Assembly (NCBI GenBank): GCA_043744295.1
Contig: JAYTUZ010000161.1
Location: 34,199-98,198, forward strand
Source of the DNA: Gammaproteobacteria bacterium
GTDB taxonomy: Bacteria > Pseudomonadota > Gammaproteobacteria > Steroidobacterales > Steroidobacteraceae
Direction: 5' to 3'
DNA: 64,000 bases
In this document: positions 50,026 to 60,032 of the stretch, piece after piece
How the letters are laid out: each line of letters begins with the position of its first letter
How positions within the stretch are numbered: position 1 is the first letter of the stretch
Translations under genes and position numbers: made by a program
The notes under the pieces: generated by a model
Databases searched by the model: none
Told to the model about the DNA's origin: nothing
What the model saw: only the letters and a program-made list of their open reading frames with translations

Positions 50026-51773
50026 TGGCGTGCTCCCGCGACGCAGACCAGATAGTCGAGCGCTGCCACCCTGATGTGGTAACTGCCCGGTGCGGTAGGT
50101 GCCGCGGCACAGTTCCCGTGGCGCGCCGTGAAAAGCCCGGACTTGCTGTCTACCACTACCTGCGTATCGATGCTGACGGTGCTGGTATTGAAGGCCAGCA
50201 GCACTTCCGTGCCGGTTACGCTGTCGAAACGCGACACTGCGAACAGTCCCGGTGTTTTCGATGTCGCGCGCACTACCTGCAGGCCGTGGCGCAACGCCGG
50301 CAGTTCAGCGCGCAGCCGGGCCAGGGCGGCAATACTCTGGTACAGCGGGTGAGTACGGTTGAAATTGCTCGAGCTGGTCGTTGAGCTGGTGCCCAGCAGC
50401 GGCTGCCTGTTGTACGAGTCCACCTGGCTCGCAAACATATCCTGGCGCGACGCCTGGTCGTCGCCCCAGCCGACAAAACCCTGCTCGTCGCCCGAGTAAA
50501 CGGTGGGTACGCCGCGCAGCGTGAGCAGCATTGCGTGGGCCAGCTGCACACGCTTGAGCACCTCGGCCGCACTGGCTTTGGGTCTGGCAAGCTGGACCTG
50601 GCGCGCGAAGCGACCGCCGTCGTGGTTGCTGATGAAGGTGGGCAGCTGCAGTGCTGCGGTGACGCCGCCCTCGTAGAGCGAGTCCGCCGCAAACAGCCGT
50701 GCCAGCTGGTCAGTGCCGGCACTGCGTGCGACTGTGTCACGCAGCGCTGCGGCAAAGGCAAAATCGAGTACCGCCGGCAGCTTGTCGACGCGGGTGTGTT
50801 CGGCCAACAGCGCCGGATCCATTTCCGAGGTCGCCACTTCGCCAAAGACATGAAAGTTTGGGATGCCGCGCGCTGCCGCGTGTGCGCGGATCGCCGGCAC
50901 GAACGCCTGCCAGAATTCGGGGTTTACATGCTTGGCAGTGTCGATGCGAAAGCCGTCGACACCGAAATTGTCGATCCAGCCGTTGAATATATCGATGAAG
51001 CCCTGCACCACGCGCGGATCTTCGGTAGCGACATCGTCCAGACCGCTGAAGTCGCCCAGGGTCGAGCTCTCGCCTTCAAAAGTGCTGTTGCCGCGATTGT
51101 GGTAGTAGCGCAGTTCATTGAGCCACTCGGGAACTTTGCGGTGCGCTGCACCCGCCGGAACATAGGGCGTGTAGGCGTAGCCGTCGGCACGCTGCGGATA
51201 GTCGGCACGCGAACGGTAGGGGCAGCGGTTGTCAGGACACTCGCGATAGCGAATCACATCGGCGGTGTGATTGACGATGATGTCCAGATAAAGCTTCATG
51301 CCACGAGCGTGCGCAGCGGCGATGAGCGTTTGCAGATCTGCAGCAGTGCCAAAATGTGTGTCAACGGCCGTGAAGTCGGTAATCCAATAGCCATGGTAGC
51401 CGGCCGATTCATCGCCCCTGGCGCCCTGCACCGGATTGTTCTGGTAGATGGGTCCCAGCCAGATCGCGGTGGCGCCCAGCGCCTGAATGTAATCGAGACG
51501 CGCCGTCAGACCCTTGAGATCACCACCATGAAAAAAGCCTTTGGAGGTCGGATCGAAGCCGGTATGCAGGCGATCACCGCTCAGCCCGCCGCGGTCATTG
51601 CTGCGATCACCATTCTCGAAGCGATCGGGCAGCAGAAAATAGATGATTTCATCGCTGGCCGGGCGATCGCGAAGTGGCAGTGCCTGGTCGGCGTATGCCG
51701 GCGCGCCGCATGCCAGCAGTGCCAGCGCGCCGGCCGACAGTCCGGTAAACCGAAAACGAGTAGTCTGTGCCAT
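50022..51773 (-). CDS. Secreted alpha-amylase family enzyme (GH13)
   Basis: ATG 51773 with signal peptide ...ACGAPAYA. All four GH13 regions are present: DIIVNHT, GFRIDTAKH, FGEV, FISNHD. Confidence 0.9.
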   Translation of the reverse strand: MAQTTRFRFTGLSAGALALLACGAPAYADQALPLRDRPASDEIIYFLLPDRFENGDRSNDRGGLSGDRLHTGFDPTSKGFFHGGDLKGLTARLDYIQALGATAIWLGPIYQNNPVQGARGDESAGYHGYWITDFTAVDTHFGTAADLQTLIAAAHARGMKLYLDIIVNHTADVIRYRECPDNRCPYRSRADYPQRADGYAYTPYVPAGAAHRKVPEWLNELRYYHNRGNSTFEGESSTLGDFSGLDDVATEDPRVVQGFIDIFNGWIDNFGVDGFRIDTAKHVNPEFWQAFVPAIRAHAAARGIPNFHVFGEVATSEMDPALLAEHTRVDKLPAVLDFAFAAALRDTVARSAGTDQLARLFAADSLYEGGVTAALQLPTFISNHDGGRFARQVQLARPKASAAEVLKRVQLAHAMLLTLRGVPTVYSGDEQGFVGWGDDQASRQDMFASQVDSYNRQPLLGTSSTTSSSNFNRTHPLYQSIAALARLRAELPALRHGLQVVRATSKTPGLFAVSRFDSVTGTEVLLAFNTSTVSIDTQVVVDSKSGLFTARHGNCAAAPTAPGSYHIRVAALDYLVCVAGARQ

Positions 51774-51841
51774 GTTCGCTACCCCAGCCAGCATCTGTCC
51801 ACATAGGTTATAAGCAACAAGTGCACAAGGATACTGGGTAC

Positions 51842-53053
51842 ATGCGAGCCGCACTGCGCAGGCTACGCGCCTTGCTGCACGGTCTGCCGGTGGGCATCTG
51901 GGGCCTGGGCCTGACCTCCATGTTCATGGATATCTCTTCCGAACTGGTGCACAGCCTGTTGCCGGTATTCATGGCCAGCGTACTGGGCGCCAGCATGATG
52001 ACCATTGGTCTGATTGAAGGCATTGCCGAGGCCACGGCATCGATCACCAAGCTGTTTTCCGGAACCCTGAGCGACCGTTGGGGACGTCGCCGGCCCTTGC
52101 TGCTGGTGGGTTACGGCCTGGCGGCAGTGACCAAGCCGCTATTCCCTCTGGCCAGTTCGATTGCCTGGGTGGCGGCGGCGCGCTTTCTCGACCGCGTGGG
52201 CAAGGGGATACGCGGCGCCCCGCGCGATGCGCTGGTGGCCGATATCACCCCGGTCGAATCGCGTGGTGCTGCCTATGGTCTGCGCCAGGCACTCGATTCA
52301 TTCGGCGCTGCGATCGGGCCGTTGCTGGCAATTGTGTGCATGGTGCTGTTATCCGGAAATATCAAGGCAGTGCTGTGGGTGGGGGTGGCGCCTGCGTTCA
52401 TTGCCGTGCTGCTGCTGGTGTTGATGGTGAGAGAGCCGGCTTCCGTGCCGCGCATGCCGGGCTTGAGTTCGCCGCTCGGCACGGCGGGCCTGCGACGACT
52501 GGGCGCGCGTTTCTGGTACCTCGCGGCCTTGGGGGCGCTGTTCACCATGGCACGATTCAGCGAAGCCTTCCTGGTGCTGCGCGCACAGCAGGCCGGATTG
52601 TCAGTCACGCTCGTGCCACTGGTGATGGTGGTCATGAATGTGGTCTATGCGAGCGCTGCCTATCCGGCCGGTCGGGCGGCTGACGGCCGTGATGCTCGAG
52701 TACTGTTGATACTTGGCCTGGCAGTGTTGGTGATCGCCGACATGGTGCTGGCGCGCGCCGGATCGGCGAATCTGGTACTGGCAGGGGCGGCAATCTGGGG
52801 ACTGCACATGGCGCTCACCCAGGGTCTGTTCGCCAAGCTGGTGGCCGACGTGGCGCCCGCCGGGCTGCGCGGCACGGCCTTTGGTGTCTTCAACCTGGTG
52901 ACGGGCATTGCGATGCTGGTGGCCAGTACTGTGGCCGGCACACTGTGGAGTCACTACGGCTATGCGGCTACCTTTGTGGGCGGTGCGCTGTTCGCTGCAC
53001 TGACCGCCGTTGGCGTACCGTTCACACGCCTGCGCGTTCACCCGGGCAGCTGA
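51842..53053 (+). CDS. MFS transporter
   Basis: 403 aa from ATG 51842, about 12 TM segments. MFS loop motif LSDRWGRRRPLL. It is divergent from the GH13-GH97 operon. Confidence 0.85.
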   Translation: MRAALRRLRALLHGLPVGIWGLGLTSMFMDISSELVHSLLPVFMASVLGASMMTIGLIEGIAEATASITKLFSGTLSDRWGRRRPLLLVGYGLAAVTKPLFPLASSIAWVAAARFLDRVGKGIRGAPRDALVADITPVESRGAAYGLRQALDSFGAAIGPLLAIVCMVLLSGNIKAVLWVGVAPAFIAVLLLVLMVREPASVPRMPGLSSPLGTAGLRRLGARFWYLAALGALFTMARFSEAFLVLRAQQAGLSVTLVPLVMVVMNVVYASAAYPAGRAADGRDARVLLILGLAVLVIADMVLARAGSANLVLAGAAIWGLHMALTQGLFAKLVADVAPAGLRGTAFGVFNLVTGIAMLVASTVAGTLWSHYGYAATFVGGALFAALTAVGVPFTRLRVHPGS

Positions 53054-53154
53054 GAATTCTGCGCTGCTGTGCGCCTGGTCGCAGATCTTCAGGGTGGCCG
53101 CTGGCTGCAATCGCAGCGGTAGTACAATCGGGAAAACTTCAGGAGCTTCGTGTC

Positions 53155-54402
53155 ATGGCCGCAATGAATATCAGGCATGTGGGTTTCAGCGCCGCGCTGG
53201 GAGCGCTGCTTGCAGTGGCGGGCTGCGGTGACGGCTACGACACCTCGCAGCCGAGTTTCACGCCCTTCGAGGCCAGCTTTGCGCTGGTCGCCGCAGATTT
53301 TGACGGCGATGGCCGCGCCGATGTGCTCGACGGACGTACGCTCCATCAACCCATGTCGCCCTTCGAGAGCGGTACACTCAACCTGTACCTGCACAATGCT
53401 GGTGCTGGCACCGGTTATGGCGCCGCCACCAGCACGCCCGCTGGAATTGAACCCTTGTACCTGGCGGCTGCCGATATCAACGGCGACGGCCTGCCTGATG
53501 TGGTCAGCGCCAGTGACGACGATGGCCAGCTCTCGGTCTATCTCAGTCAGATCACGGCGCCCGGCACTTTCGCGGCTGCGCTGCAACTTGCCTCGCCGGG
53601 CGCATCACAGGTGGCGATCGCCGATCTGAATGGCGATGGTCTGCCTGACCTCGTAGCGGCCGACTACGGTGTAAATGTCTTCGTGCAGGATGTGGCGAAC
53701 CCAGGTACGTTTCTTGCGCCCTTCAGCCTCTCTGCCGGCGGCGCCAGCTGGGTGGCAAGCGGTGATCTGAACGACGACGGCCTGCCTGACCTGGTGGTCA
53801 CCGACGCCAGCGGCGTGAAGGTGTATTTTCATTCTGCGAGCGCGAGCAGCGCCACTTTCCAGGCTCCGGTGACGGTCTTTACGCAGACGCCAAACCAGGC
53901 CTTCGTGGCCGCCAACTATGTTGCCGTCGCCGATCTCGATGGCGATGGCGAAGACGACTTGGTGATCACCGATCCGGGCCCTTATGGCCCGACACCGCCG
54001 ACGATCAATGTGCTGCTGCAGAGCCAGCTTACGCCGGGCAGCTTCCTCGCTCCGCTCAGCTTCTCGCTGCCGAACGGGCAGGTGGCGCAGTCGCTGGTAC
54101 TCTCCGACCTGAACGGCGATGGCCACCCGGATGTCGTAGTCGGCGATAGCGCTGGCGTGAATGTGCTGCTGCAGAACCCCGGCTCGCCTGGCACCTTTGC
54201 AGCCGCCAGCTATTATGCCGCGCCCTATGGCGCCTTTCAGGTCGCCGTGGCGGACGTCAACGACGACGGATTTCCCGATATCGTGACCACGAATTCGGCC
54301 AGCGCGCCGCTGACCTCCGGCACTTACACCACGCAGCCCGGTGTGCTGCTGCAGAGCGCTACGGTCGCTGGAACCTTCGCCGCACTGCAGAATCTTCCCT
54401 GA
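53155..54402 (+). CDS. FG-GAP/VCBS repeat lipoprotein
   Basis: ATG 53155 with lipobox LAVAGC. At least seven repeats of the D(L/I)NGDG(L/H/F)PD(L/V)V calcium-binding type. Confidence 0.85.
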   Translation: MAAMNIRHVGFSAALGALLAVAGCGDGYDTSQPSFTPFEASFALVAADFDGDGRADVLDGRTLHQPMSPFESGTLNLYLHNAGAGTGYGAATSTPAGIEPLYLAAADINGDGLPDVVSASDDDGQLSVYLSQITAPGTFAAALQLASPGASQVAIADLNGDGLPDLVAADYGVNVFVQDVANPGTFLAPFSLSAGGASWVASGDLNDDGLPDLVVTDASGVKVYFHSASASSATFQAPVTVFTQTPNQAFVAANYVAVADLDGDGEDDLVITDPGPYGPTPPTINVLLQSQLTPGSFLAPLSFSLPNGQVAQSLVLSDLNGDGHPDVVVGDSAGVNVLLQNPGSPGTFAAASYYAAPYGAFQVAVADVNDDGFPDIVTTNSASAPLTSGTYTTQPGVLLQSATVAGTFAALQNLP

Positions 54403-54462
54403 AGCGTTATTGATCATCGCTGCCGGCGCGTTGCAGCCGGCAGCCCAAGGGGCGCACGATCC

Positions 54463-55014
54463 ATGGCACTGGGCGCCACTGTCTACAATTTCACCGTGCG
54501 CCTGGCCGATGCCGATCGCAACGTCTACGAAACCCTGAATCTGCGGCTGGCCCGGCACCCCTCGGAAACCGCCGAGTTTCTGCTGACCCGGCTGCTGGCC
54601 TATTGCCTTGAGTACACCGAGGGCATTGCCTGGTCGAAGGGCCTCGCCGAGCCGGATGAACCGGCCATTGCCGTGCGCGATCTGACCGGCGCCCTGCAGA
54701 CCTGGATAGACATCGGCACGCCGGAAGCCGCACGCCTGCACAAGGCTGCCAAGGCGGCGCGGCGCGTCGCCGTTTATGTGCACCGTGATCCTGAATCCTG
54801 GCTGGCGCGTATCGCCAGCGAACGCATTCACAGGGCCGGGGAGCTGGAAATCCTCGCCGTCGATCGGCCAATGCTCGAGGCATTTGTTGCCTTGCTGGAG
54901 CGGCGCATGAACTTTGATCTGGCGGTTGCCGAGCGTACGCTCTATCTGACATTGGGAGCGCAGACTCTGACCGGCACCACGACCTTGCGGCGGCTGGGGG
55001 GCCTGGGCCCCTGA
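54463..55014 (+). CDS. yaeQ: YaeQ family protein
   Basis: 183 aa: MALGATVYNFTVRLADADRNVYETLNLRLARHPSETAEFLLTRLLAYCLEY, the characteristic YaeQ N-terminus. Confidence 0.88.
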   Translation: MALGATVYNFTVRLADADRNVYETLNLRLARHPSETAEFLLTRLLAYCLEYTEGIAWSKGLAEPDEPAIAVRDLTGALQTWIDIGTPEAARLHKAAKAARRVAVYVHRDPESWLARIASERIHRAGELEILAVDRPMLEAFVALLERRMNFDLAVAERTLYLTLGAQTLTGTTTLRRLGGLGP

Positions 55015-55045
55015 AAACATGACGGCCGTCACATAGTATCGGCAA

Positions 55046-55557
55046 GTGGTGGATTCTTGGCCCCGAGCCCGTGAACTACGGCGTAACCGCTTTGCACCGT
55101 CGGTCGTCATCATGCGCAGTACATTCTGTACGGCGCAGGACAGGATCGACGAACTCCTGAATTCACTGCTCGCCAGACTGCAGTGCACCCATATCGTGGT
55201 GCACGCGCCATCCTGGTTTGCCGACCTGGTCGTAGCGCCAGCGGCTGAAGGCGCGACTGAGGGTATTGATTCATTGACCCGGCAGCTGCTCGAGCGGCTG
55301 GACCGATGGGTGGTCGAGAACGTGCTGTAGGCGGTGGCGCCGCAGGTCGCCAGGCTGCGCAGCAGCGGCGTGCGCTTTGCCATCAATCTCACCGGGCAGT
55401 CGATCAGCCAGCCGAGCTTCGCTGATTTTGTCCGCACTGCTGTCAAGCAGCACAATACGCGCAGGGCTATCTGTACGGCAAGGCCCGGCCGCTGGCGGAT
55501 GCGCTGGCTGAGCTGCTGGCGAACGACGCAGCCGCCGGGCGAGTGGCGTGCGCCTGA
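55046..55557 (+). pseudogene. Wreck of an EAL-domain (c-di-GMP phosphodiesterase) gene: in-frame TAG, internal deletion and frameshift
   Basis: Frame 2 reads ...LTRQLLERLDRWVVENVL-TAG(55328-55330)-AVAPQVARLRSSGVRFAINLTGQSISQPSFADFVRTAVKQH, the EAL pattern WV...A......G....INLSGQS. The EAL C-terminus QYAQGYLYGKARPLADALAELL then appears in another frame from 55453 (tac at 55456), with a TGA at 55555-55557. The catalytic core of about 170 aa between these parts is missing. Confidence 0.6.
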
Positions 55558-55622
55558 GTTGAGCTGGCTGGACTGAAGATCAGTATTTCAGCGCGCTGTT
55601 GCCGCCGACGGCAGCGCCGCTC

Positions 55623-56948
55623 TCAGCCGCCCACCTGCGCTTCGCGCAATGCCACTTCGATCAGCGTCATGGCTTCGTCAACGTGCGCGCGCGTGATCAT
55701 GAGCGGCGGGATGAACCGCACCGTGCTCGCGCCGCAGGACAGCAGCAGCAGCCCGTTGTGATAGGCGCGCGTCAAGACACGGTCGCACAGCTCTCTGGCG
55801 GCCTTGCGGCTGCCACGATCGGTGATCAGCTCCATGCCGATCATCAGTCCCTTGCCACGCACGTCGCCGACGCATTCGAAGCGCTGCTGCAGCTGGCGCA
55901 GGGCATGGATGAAGTATTCACCAACGCTCGCGGCATTGGCAGCGTATTCATTCTCGACCAGTTCGAGCGTGGCCAGCGCCGCCGCACAGCACAGCGGATT
56001 GCCGCCGAAAGTGTTGCCGTGCGCACCGCGCTTCCATTTTTCCATGAGGCGACGGCGCGCGACCGTCAGCCCGATTGGCATGCCGGAGCCGAGCCCCTTG
56101 GCCAGGGTCATGATGTCGGGTTTCACGCCCCAATGCTGGCTGGCGAACATCTTGCCGGTGCGGCCGATGCCCGATTGCACTTCATCGAATATCAGCAGGA
56201 TGCCGTGGCGATCGCACAGCTCGCGCAGTCCCTGCAGAAAACCATCCGGCGGAACCAGGTAGCCGCCTTCGCCCTGAATTGGTTCGATCAGAATGGCCGC
56301 GACTTCACTCGCCGGCACGTTGGCCTGGAACAGCATGTTCTCGATGTATTCGAGCACGGCACGGCCCTGGTCTGCGCCGGCGAACAGCGGCCGATAGACG
56401 TTGGGGTAGGGCACGTGGGTCACGCCCGGCATGGTGGGAAAGAAGCCGGCCTGCTGGGTGTATTTGCTGGAGGTGAAGGCCAGAGAGCCCATTGAGCGGC
56501 CGTGGAAACTGCCGAGAAAGCCGATGAATCGTGGGCGCCCGGTCACGTAGCGCGCCAGTTTGAGTGCCGCCTCGACCGTTTCGGTGCCGCTCTGGCAGGC
56601 AAACACCTGCACCGGCTCGCCCAGCGGGTCGAGCGCGTTGATCTTCTCGCACAGCTGCGTCATGCGCTCGTGCCAGTAGTCGCTCGAGATGTGGATGAAA
56701 TCGTCCGCCGCGTCCTTGATGGCCTGCACGACGCGCGGGTGTGCATGGCCGGTGCTGCAGACCGCAATACCCGAGGCAAAATCCAGGAAGCGGTTGCCAT
56801 CGACATCCCATACTTCGGCTCCGCGGCCTTTGGCTATCACAAAGGGATAGTCGCGCGGCAGAGATGGCGTGCTGACCGCGAAGTCGCGCGCCAGCAGGGC
56901 CTGCGCTTTGGGGCCCGGCAGCGCGGTACGGATATGTGGTGCACGCAT
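55623..56948 (-). CDS. Class III PLP aminotransferase, 4-aminobutyrate/5-aminovalerate aminotransferase-like
   Basis: 441 aa from ATG 56948. VWDVDGNRFLDFASGIAVCSTGHAHP, FDEVQSGIGRTGKMFA, and PLP-lysine context DIMTLAKGLGSGMPIG. Confidence 0.85.
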   Translation of the reverse strand: MRAPHIRTALPGPKAQALLARDFAVSTPSLPRDYPFVIAKGRGAEVWDVDGNRFLDFASGIAVCSTGHAHPRVVQAIKDAADDFIHISSDYWHERMTQLCEKINALDPLGEPVQVFACQSGTETVEAALKLARYVTGRPRFIGFLGSFHGRSMGSLAFTSSKYTQQAGFFPTMPGVTHVPYPNVYRPLFAGADQGRAVLEYIENMLFQANVPASEVAAILIEPIQGEGGYLVPPDGFLQGLRELCDRHGILLIFDEVQSGIGRTGKMFASQHWGVKPDIMTLAKGLGSGMPIGLTVARRRLMEKWKRGAHGNTFGGNPLCCAAALATLELVENEYAANAASVGEYFIHALRQLQQRFECVGDVRGKGLMIGMELITDRGSRKAARELCDRVLTRAYHNGLLLLSCGASTVRFIPPLMITRAHVDEAMTLIEVALREAQVGG

Positions 56949-56965
56949 GATGATTCCTTTGCTGG

Positions 56966-58534
56966 TTACTCGACTACCGTCTGCGACTGTTCGCGCAGAT
57001 ACTGCGGCAGGTAATAGAACGAGGCAATCGCCTTGCCGGTATTGCCAGAGCCCTTCCAGCCGGCGAACGGCTGGTAGCCAGGCCACGCGCCCGTGGTAGC
57101 ACCCTGCGGCCGGTTGGCATAGGTTACACCAGCCTCGATGTTCTGATGAAACCAGTCGAGTTCGGCGCTGCTGCCGTAGAAGCCGGCGCTCAGTCCCAGC
57201 GGCGAGCGATTCGCAAGCTGCATCGCTTGCTCGTTCGATGACACCCGCTGCGACATCAGCACCGGCAGGAACATCTCGGTGCTCCATAACGGGTGCCCGA
57301 CGGGTGCCTCGGCGAGTGTAGGCTGCACGAAAAAGCCATGCGCCAGATCGCCATCGCGCAGCTGTTCGCCCCCGCTCAGTACCTGCGCACCCTGGGTACG
57401 CAGCAGCGCCGCGCAACGCGCGTAGTGCTCATAGCCGGCCTGCGTGGTCACCGGCCCGAGCGCGGTGTCGCGCCTGGCCGGGTCGCCAATCCGCAGCGCG
57501 GCGGCCTTGTGCACGATGAGTTCATGCAACGCGTCAGCGCTGTCGCGATGTACATATAGGCGAGAAAGCGCCGAGCATTTCTGGCCGCCCATGCCAAAGG
57601 CTGAGCGGACGATGCCCGTGGCAGCGCGCTCCAGGTCGGCGCCGGCTGTCACGATGCAGGCGTTCTTGCCGCCCATCTCGGCGATGCAGGGACGAGGATA
57701 GGGGCCCGACAGCATGGTGCGCGCGATGCCCATGCCGACTGCATGCGAACCCGTGAACGTGACGCCGGCCGTCAGTGGATGTTCCACCAGCGCGGCGCCG
57801 ATGGCGCTGCTTGAGCCGCCGAGGTAATTGAAGACGCCAGCCGGCAGGCCGGCATCGCGGATGCACTCGGCCAGCAACCGTCCCGCCCAGGGCGTCGCGC
57901 TGGCGCCCTTCAATACCACGGTGTTGCCGGTAATCAGTGCGGCGGCGGTCGGGCCGGCGGCGAGTGCGAGCGGGAAATTGAAGGGTGCAATGACCACCCA
58001 GACGCCGTAGGGTTTCATCACGCTGCGATTGCGCGACACCACATTGGCTATCGGATCATTGGGGAGCCGGTGATCAAAGCCGCCAGAGCGCTCGAACTCA
58101 TCGGCATAGCCGCGAAAGAAGTCGGCCGTTTCCTGCGTCTCGCCGAGCGCCTCCATGCGATTCTTGCCGACTTCCAGCGTCAGCGCCGCGGCAATACTGT
58201 AGATGCGCTCCTCGACCAGTTGCGCAATGCGGTGCATCAGCTCGACGCGCGTCGGCAGCGAGCTGCGTCGCCACACCGGCCAGGCGCGTTGCGCCGCCTG
58301 CATCGCGGCTTCGGCATCAGCCGCGCTGGCCAGCGAGAAACTGCCCAGTACCTGGCGCTGATCAGCGGGATTGCGGGTTTCTGCCATCTGGCTCGCGAAA
58401 CTGTCGACGCCATCGATATAGAGTGGCTGTCGGGCGCCAAGCCGTGTCTGGGCCAGGCTCAAGGCAGCTTCATAGCTGGTGTGCAGCTGCGGTGGTGGAT
58501 CAAACATGGTCGAATAGGTCAGCTTGAAACTCAT
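56966..58534 (-). CDS. Aldehyde dehydrogenase, ALDH4/P5C-dehydrogenase-like subgroup
   Basis: 522 aa from ATG 58534, which overlaps the upstream stop by 4 nt. N-terminus MSFKLTYSTMFDPP; catalytic contexts AEMGGKNA and GQKCSALSRL. Confidence 0.85.
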   Translation of the reverse strand: MSFKLTYSTMFDPPPQLHTSYEAALSLAQTRLGARQPLYIDGVDSFASQMAETRNPADQRQVLGSFSLASAADAEAAMQAAQRAWPVWRRSSLPTRVELMHRIAQLVEERIYSIAAALTLEVGKNRMEALGETQETADFFRGYADEFERSGGFDHRLPNDPIANVVSRNRSVMKPYGVWVVIAPFNFPLALAAGPTAAALITGNTVVLKGASATPWAGRLLAECIRDAGLPAGVFNYLGGSSSAIGAALVEHPLTAGVTFTGSHAVGMGIARTMLSGPYPRPCIAEMGGKNACIVTAGADLERAATGIVRSAFGMGGQKCSALSRLYVHRDSADALHELIVHKAAALRIGDPARRDTALGPVTTQAGYEHYARCAALLRTQGAQVLSGGEQLRDGDLAHGFFVQPTLAEAPVGHPLWSTEMFLPVLMSQRVSSNEQAMQLANRSPLGLSAGFYGSSAELDWFHQNIEAGVTYANRPQGATTGAWPGYQPFAGWKGSGNTGKAIASFYYLPQYLREQSQTVVE

Positions 58535-59865
58535 GTCAGTGCCTTGGGATGAATTGTCTGGGTCAGCTTCGCCAGCAGTCGATCGAGCAGGCTGAGCGCA
58601 TCGGCCAGTTCCTGCTCCCCGATGACCAACGGCGGTGCGAGCAGAATGAGATTGCCGCGCGCGGCGAAGGACACACCTGCCGCCAGCGCCTCTGCCAGCA
58701 GGCCCTTGAGCGCTCGATGCATCGCTGGCCACGGCGCGAGTGGTTCACGGCTGCTGCGATCGCTGACCAGTTCGAGCACCGCGTACAACCCGTGCCCGCC
58801 GCGCACTTCGCCAATGATGGGGTGCTGCGCCTGCATCTGCCTGAGTCGCTCGAACATTGCGCCGCCCAGCTGGCGGGAGCGGCCGATCAGGTCTTCATCC
58901 TGGTAGCTCTCCAGCGCCGCCACGCCAGCTGCGCAGCAAAGCGGATGCCCGCAATAAGTGAGGCCGGTGAGCAGCATCTGCGGTTCGAGTCGCCTTGCGA
59001 TGGTTGCCGACAGCACGACGGCCCCGAGTGGCAGATGAGCGCCGGTCAGGCCCTTGGCGAGGGTCATCAGATCGGGTCGCGCCGCATCGCCATGGCGCTG
59101 CCAGGCAAACCATTCGCCGCAGCGACCGAAGCCGCTCATGACCTCATCGGCGATCAGGTACACGCCGCGCTCGCGCGTCCGCTGGCGCAGCGCCGGCCAG
59201 AAACTGTCTGGCGCCACGATGCCATTGGTGCCGGCATTCGGCTCCATCATGACCGCCGCGACCGTGCTGCTGCCGCGCGCATCGATGAGCGTGGCCACAT
59301 GTTCGGCTGCGGCCGTGCCGCAAGCGGCCTCGCTGTGCGTGCCAAAGGGACAGCGATAGGCATAGGGCGGTGGTGCATGCACCACGCGAAAGGCTGCGGG
59401 TTCAACTTGCGCCGTGGTACGCGAGTCCCCGGAGAGCGCCATGGTCGCGTAGCTGGTGCCGTGATAAGAGCGATCACGGGTGATGATCCAGCCCTGCGCC
59501 TGGTCGCTGGCCTGGCGCGCAAATTTGACGGCATGCTCGTTCGCATCCGCGCCGCCGAGCGTGAAGAATACCCGGCCACCCTCGAAACCCGATTTTTCCA
59601 GCAGCAGTTCCGCGAGACGGGCCCGCGGCAATGCTCCCCAGGAGTTGGTGACAAAACACAGCTGCTGCGCCTGCTCGCGGATCGCTGCCACCACGCGCGG
59701 ATGCTGATGACCGAGGTTGCTGCACTCGGCCAGGCTGCTGAAATCGAGTATTGAACGACCATCCTCGGTGTGCAGCCACGCGCCCGCGCCACCGACGATA
59801 GTCGGCGCGTTCCAGTCGGTCTGCAGGCACCAACTGTGCAGGACTGTGTCTCGCTCAGTGCGCAT
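58531..59865 (-). CDS. Class III PLP aminotransferase (omega-amino acid/diamine:pyruvate type)
   Basis: 444 aa. ADEVMSGFGRCGEWFA and PLP-lysine context DLMTLAKGLTGAHLPLG. First gene of a three-gene operon. Confidence 0.85.
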   Translation of the reverse strand: MRTERDTVLHSWCLQTDWNAPTIVGGAGAWLHTEDGRSILDFSSLAECSNLGHQHPRVVAAIREQAQQLCFVTNSWGALPRARLAELLLEKSGFEGGRVFFTLGGADANEHAVKFARQASDQAQGWIITRDRSYHGTSYATMALSGDSRTTAQVEPAAFRVVHAPPPYAYRCPFGTHSEAACGTAAAEHVATLIDARGSSTVAAVMMEPNAGTNGIVAPDSFWPALRQRTRERGVYLIADEVMSGFGRCGEWFAWQRHGDAARPDLMTLAKGLTGAHLPLGAVVLSATIARRLEPQMLLTGLTYCGHPLCCAAGVAALESYQDEDLIGRSRQLGGAMFERLRQMQAQHPIIGEVRGGHGLYAVLELVSDRSSREPLAPWPAMHRALKGLLAEALAAGVSFAARGNLILLAPPLVIGEQELADALSLLDRLLAKLTQTIHPKALT

Positions 59866-60032
59866 GGGAATATCTTGTAATAGTTTGACGCGCCGGCAAT
59901 TTGCAGCGAATCACTCTAGGAGTCCGCGCCGCTGCCGTCAACGGCTGCCTATGATTGCGAAAAATTCCGGAAGCTACTACGCTGATTATCAGGGTCCCGC
60001 ACACTTTTGCGGTGCAGCCAGCGGAGTGAGCG

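Noticed and set aside
53605-55455. 616-aa ORF on the minus strand spanning the FG-GAP gene, yaeQ and the EAL wreck
   Set aside because: The opposite strand carries recognisable FG-GAP repeats and the YaeQ signature. This ORF has no motifs and crosses intergenic regions.
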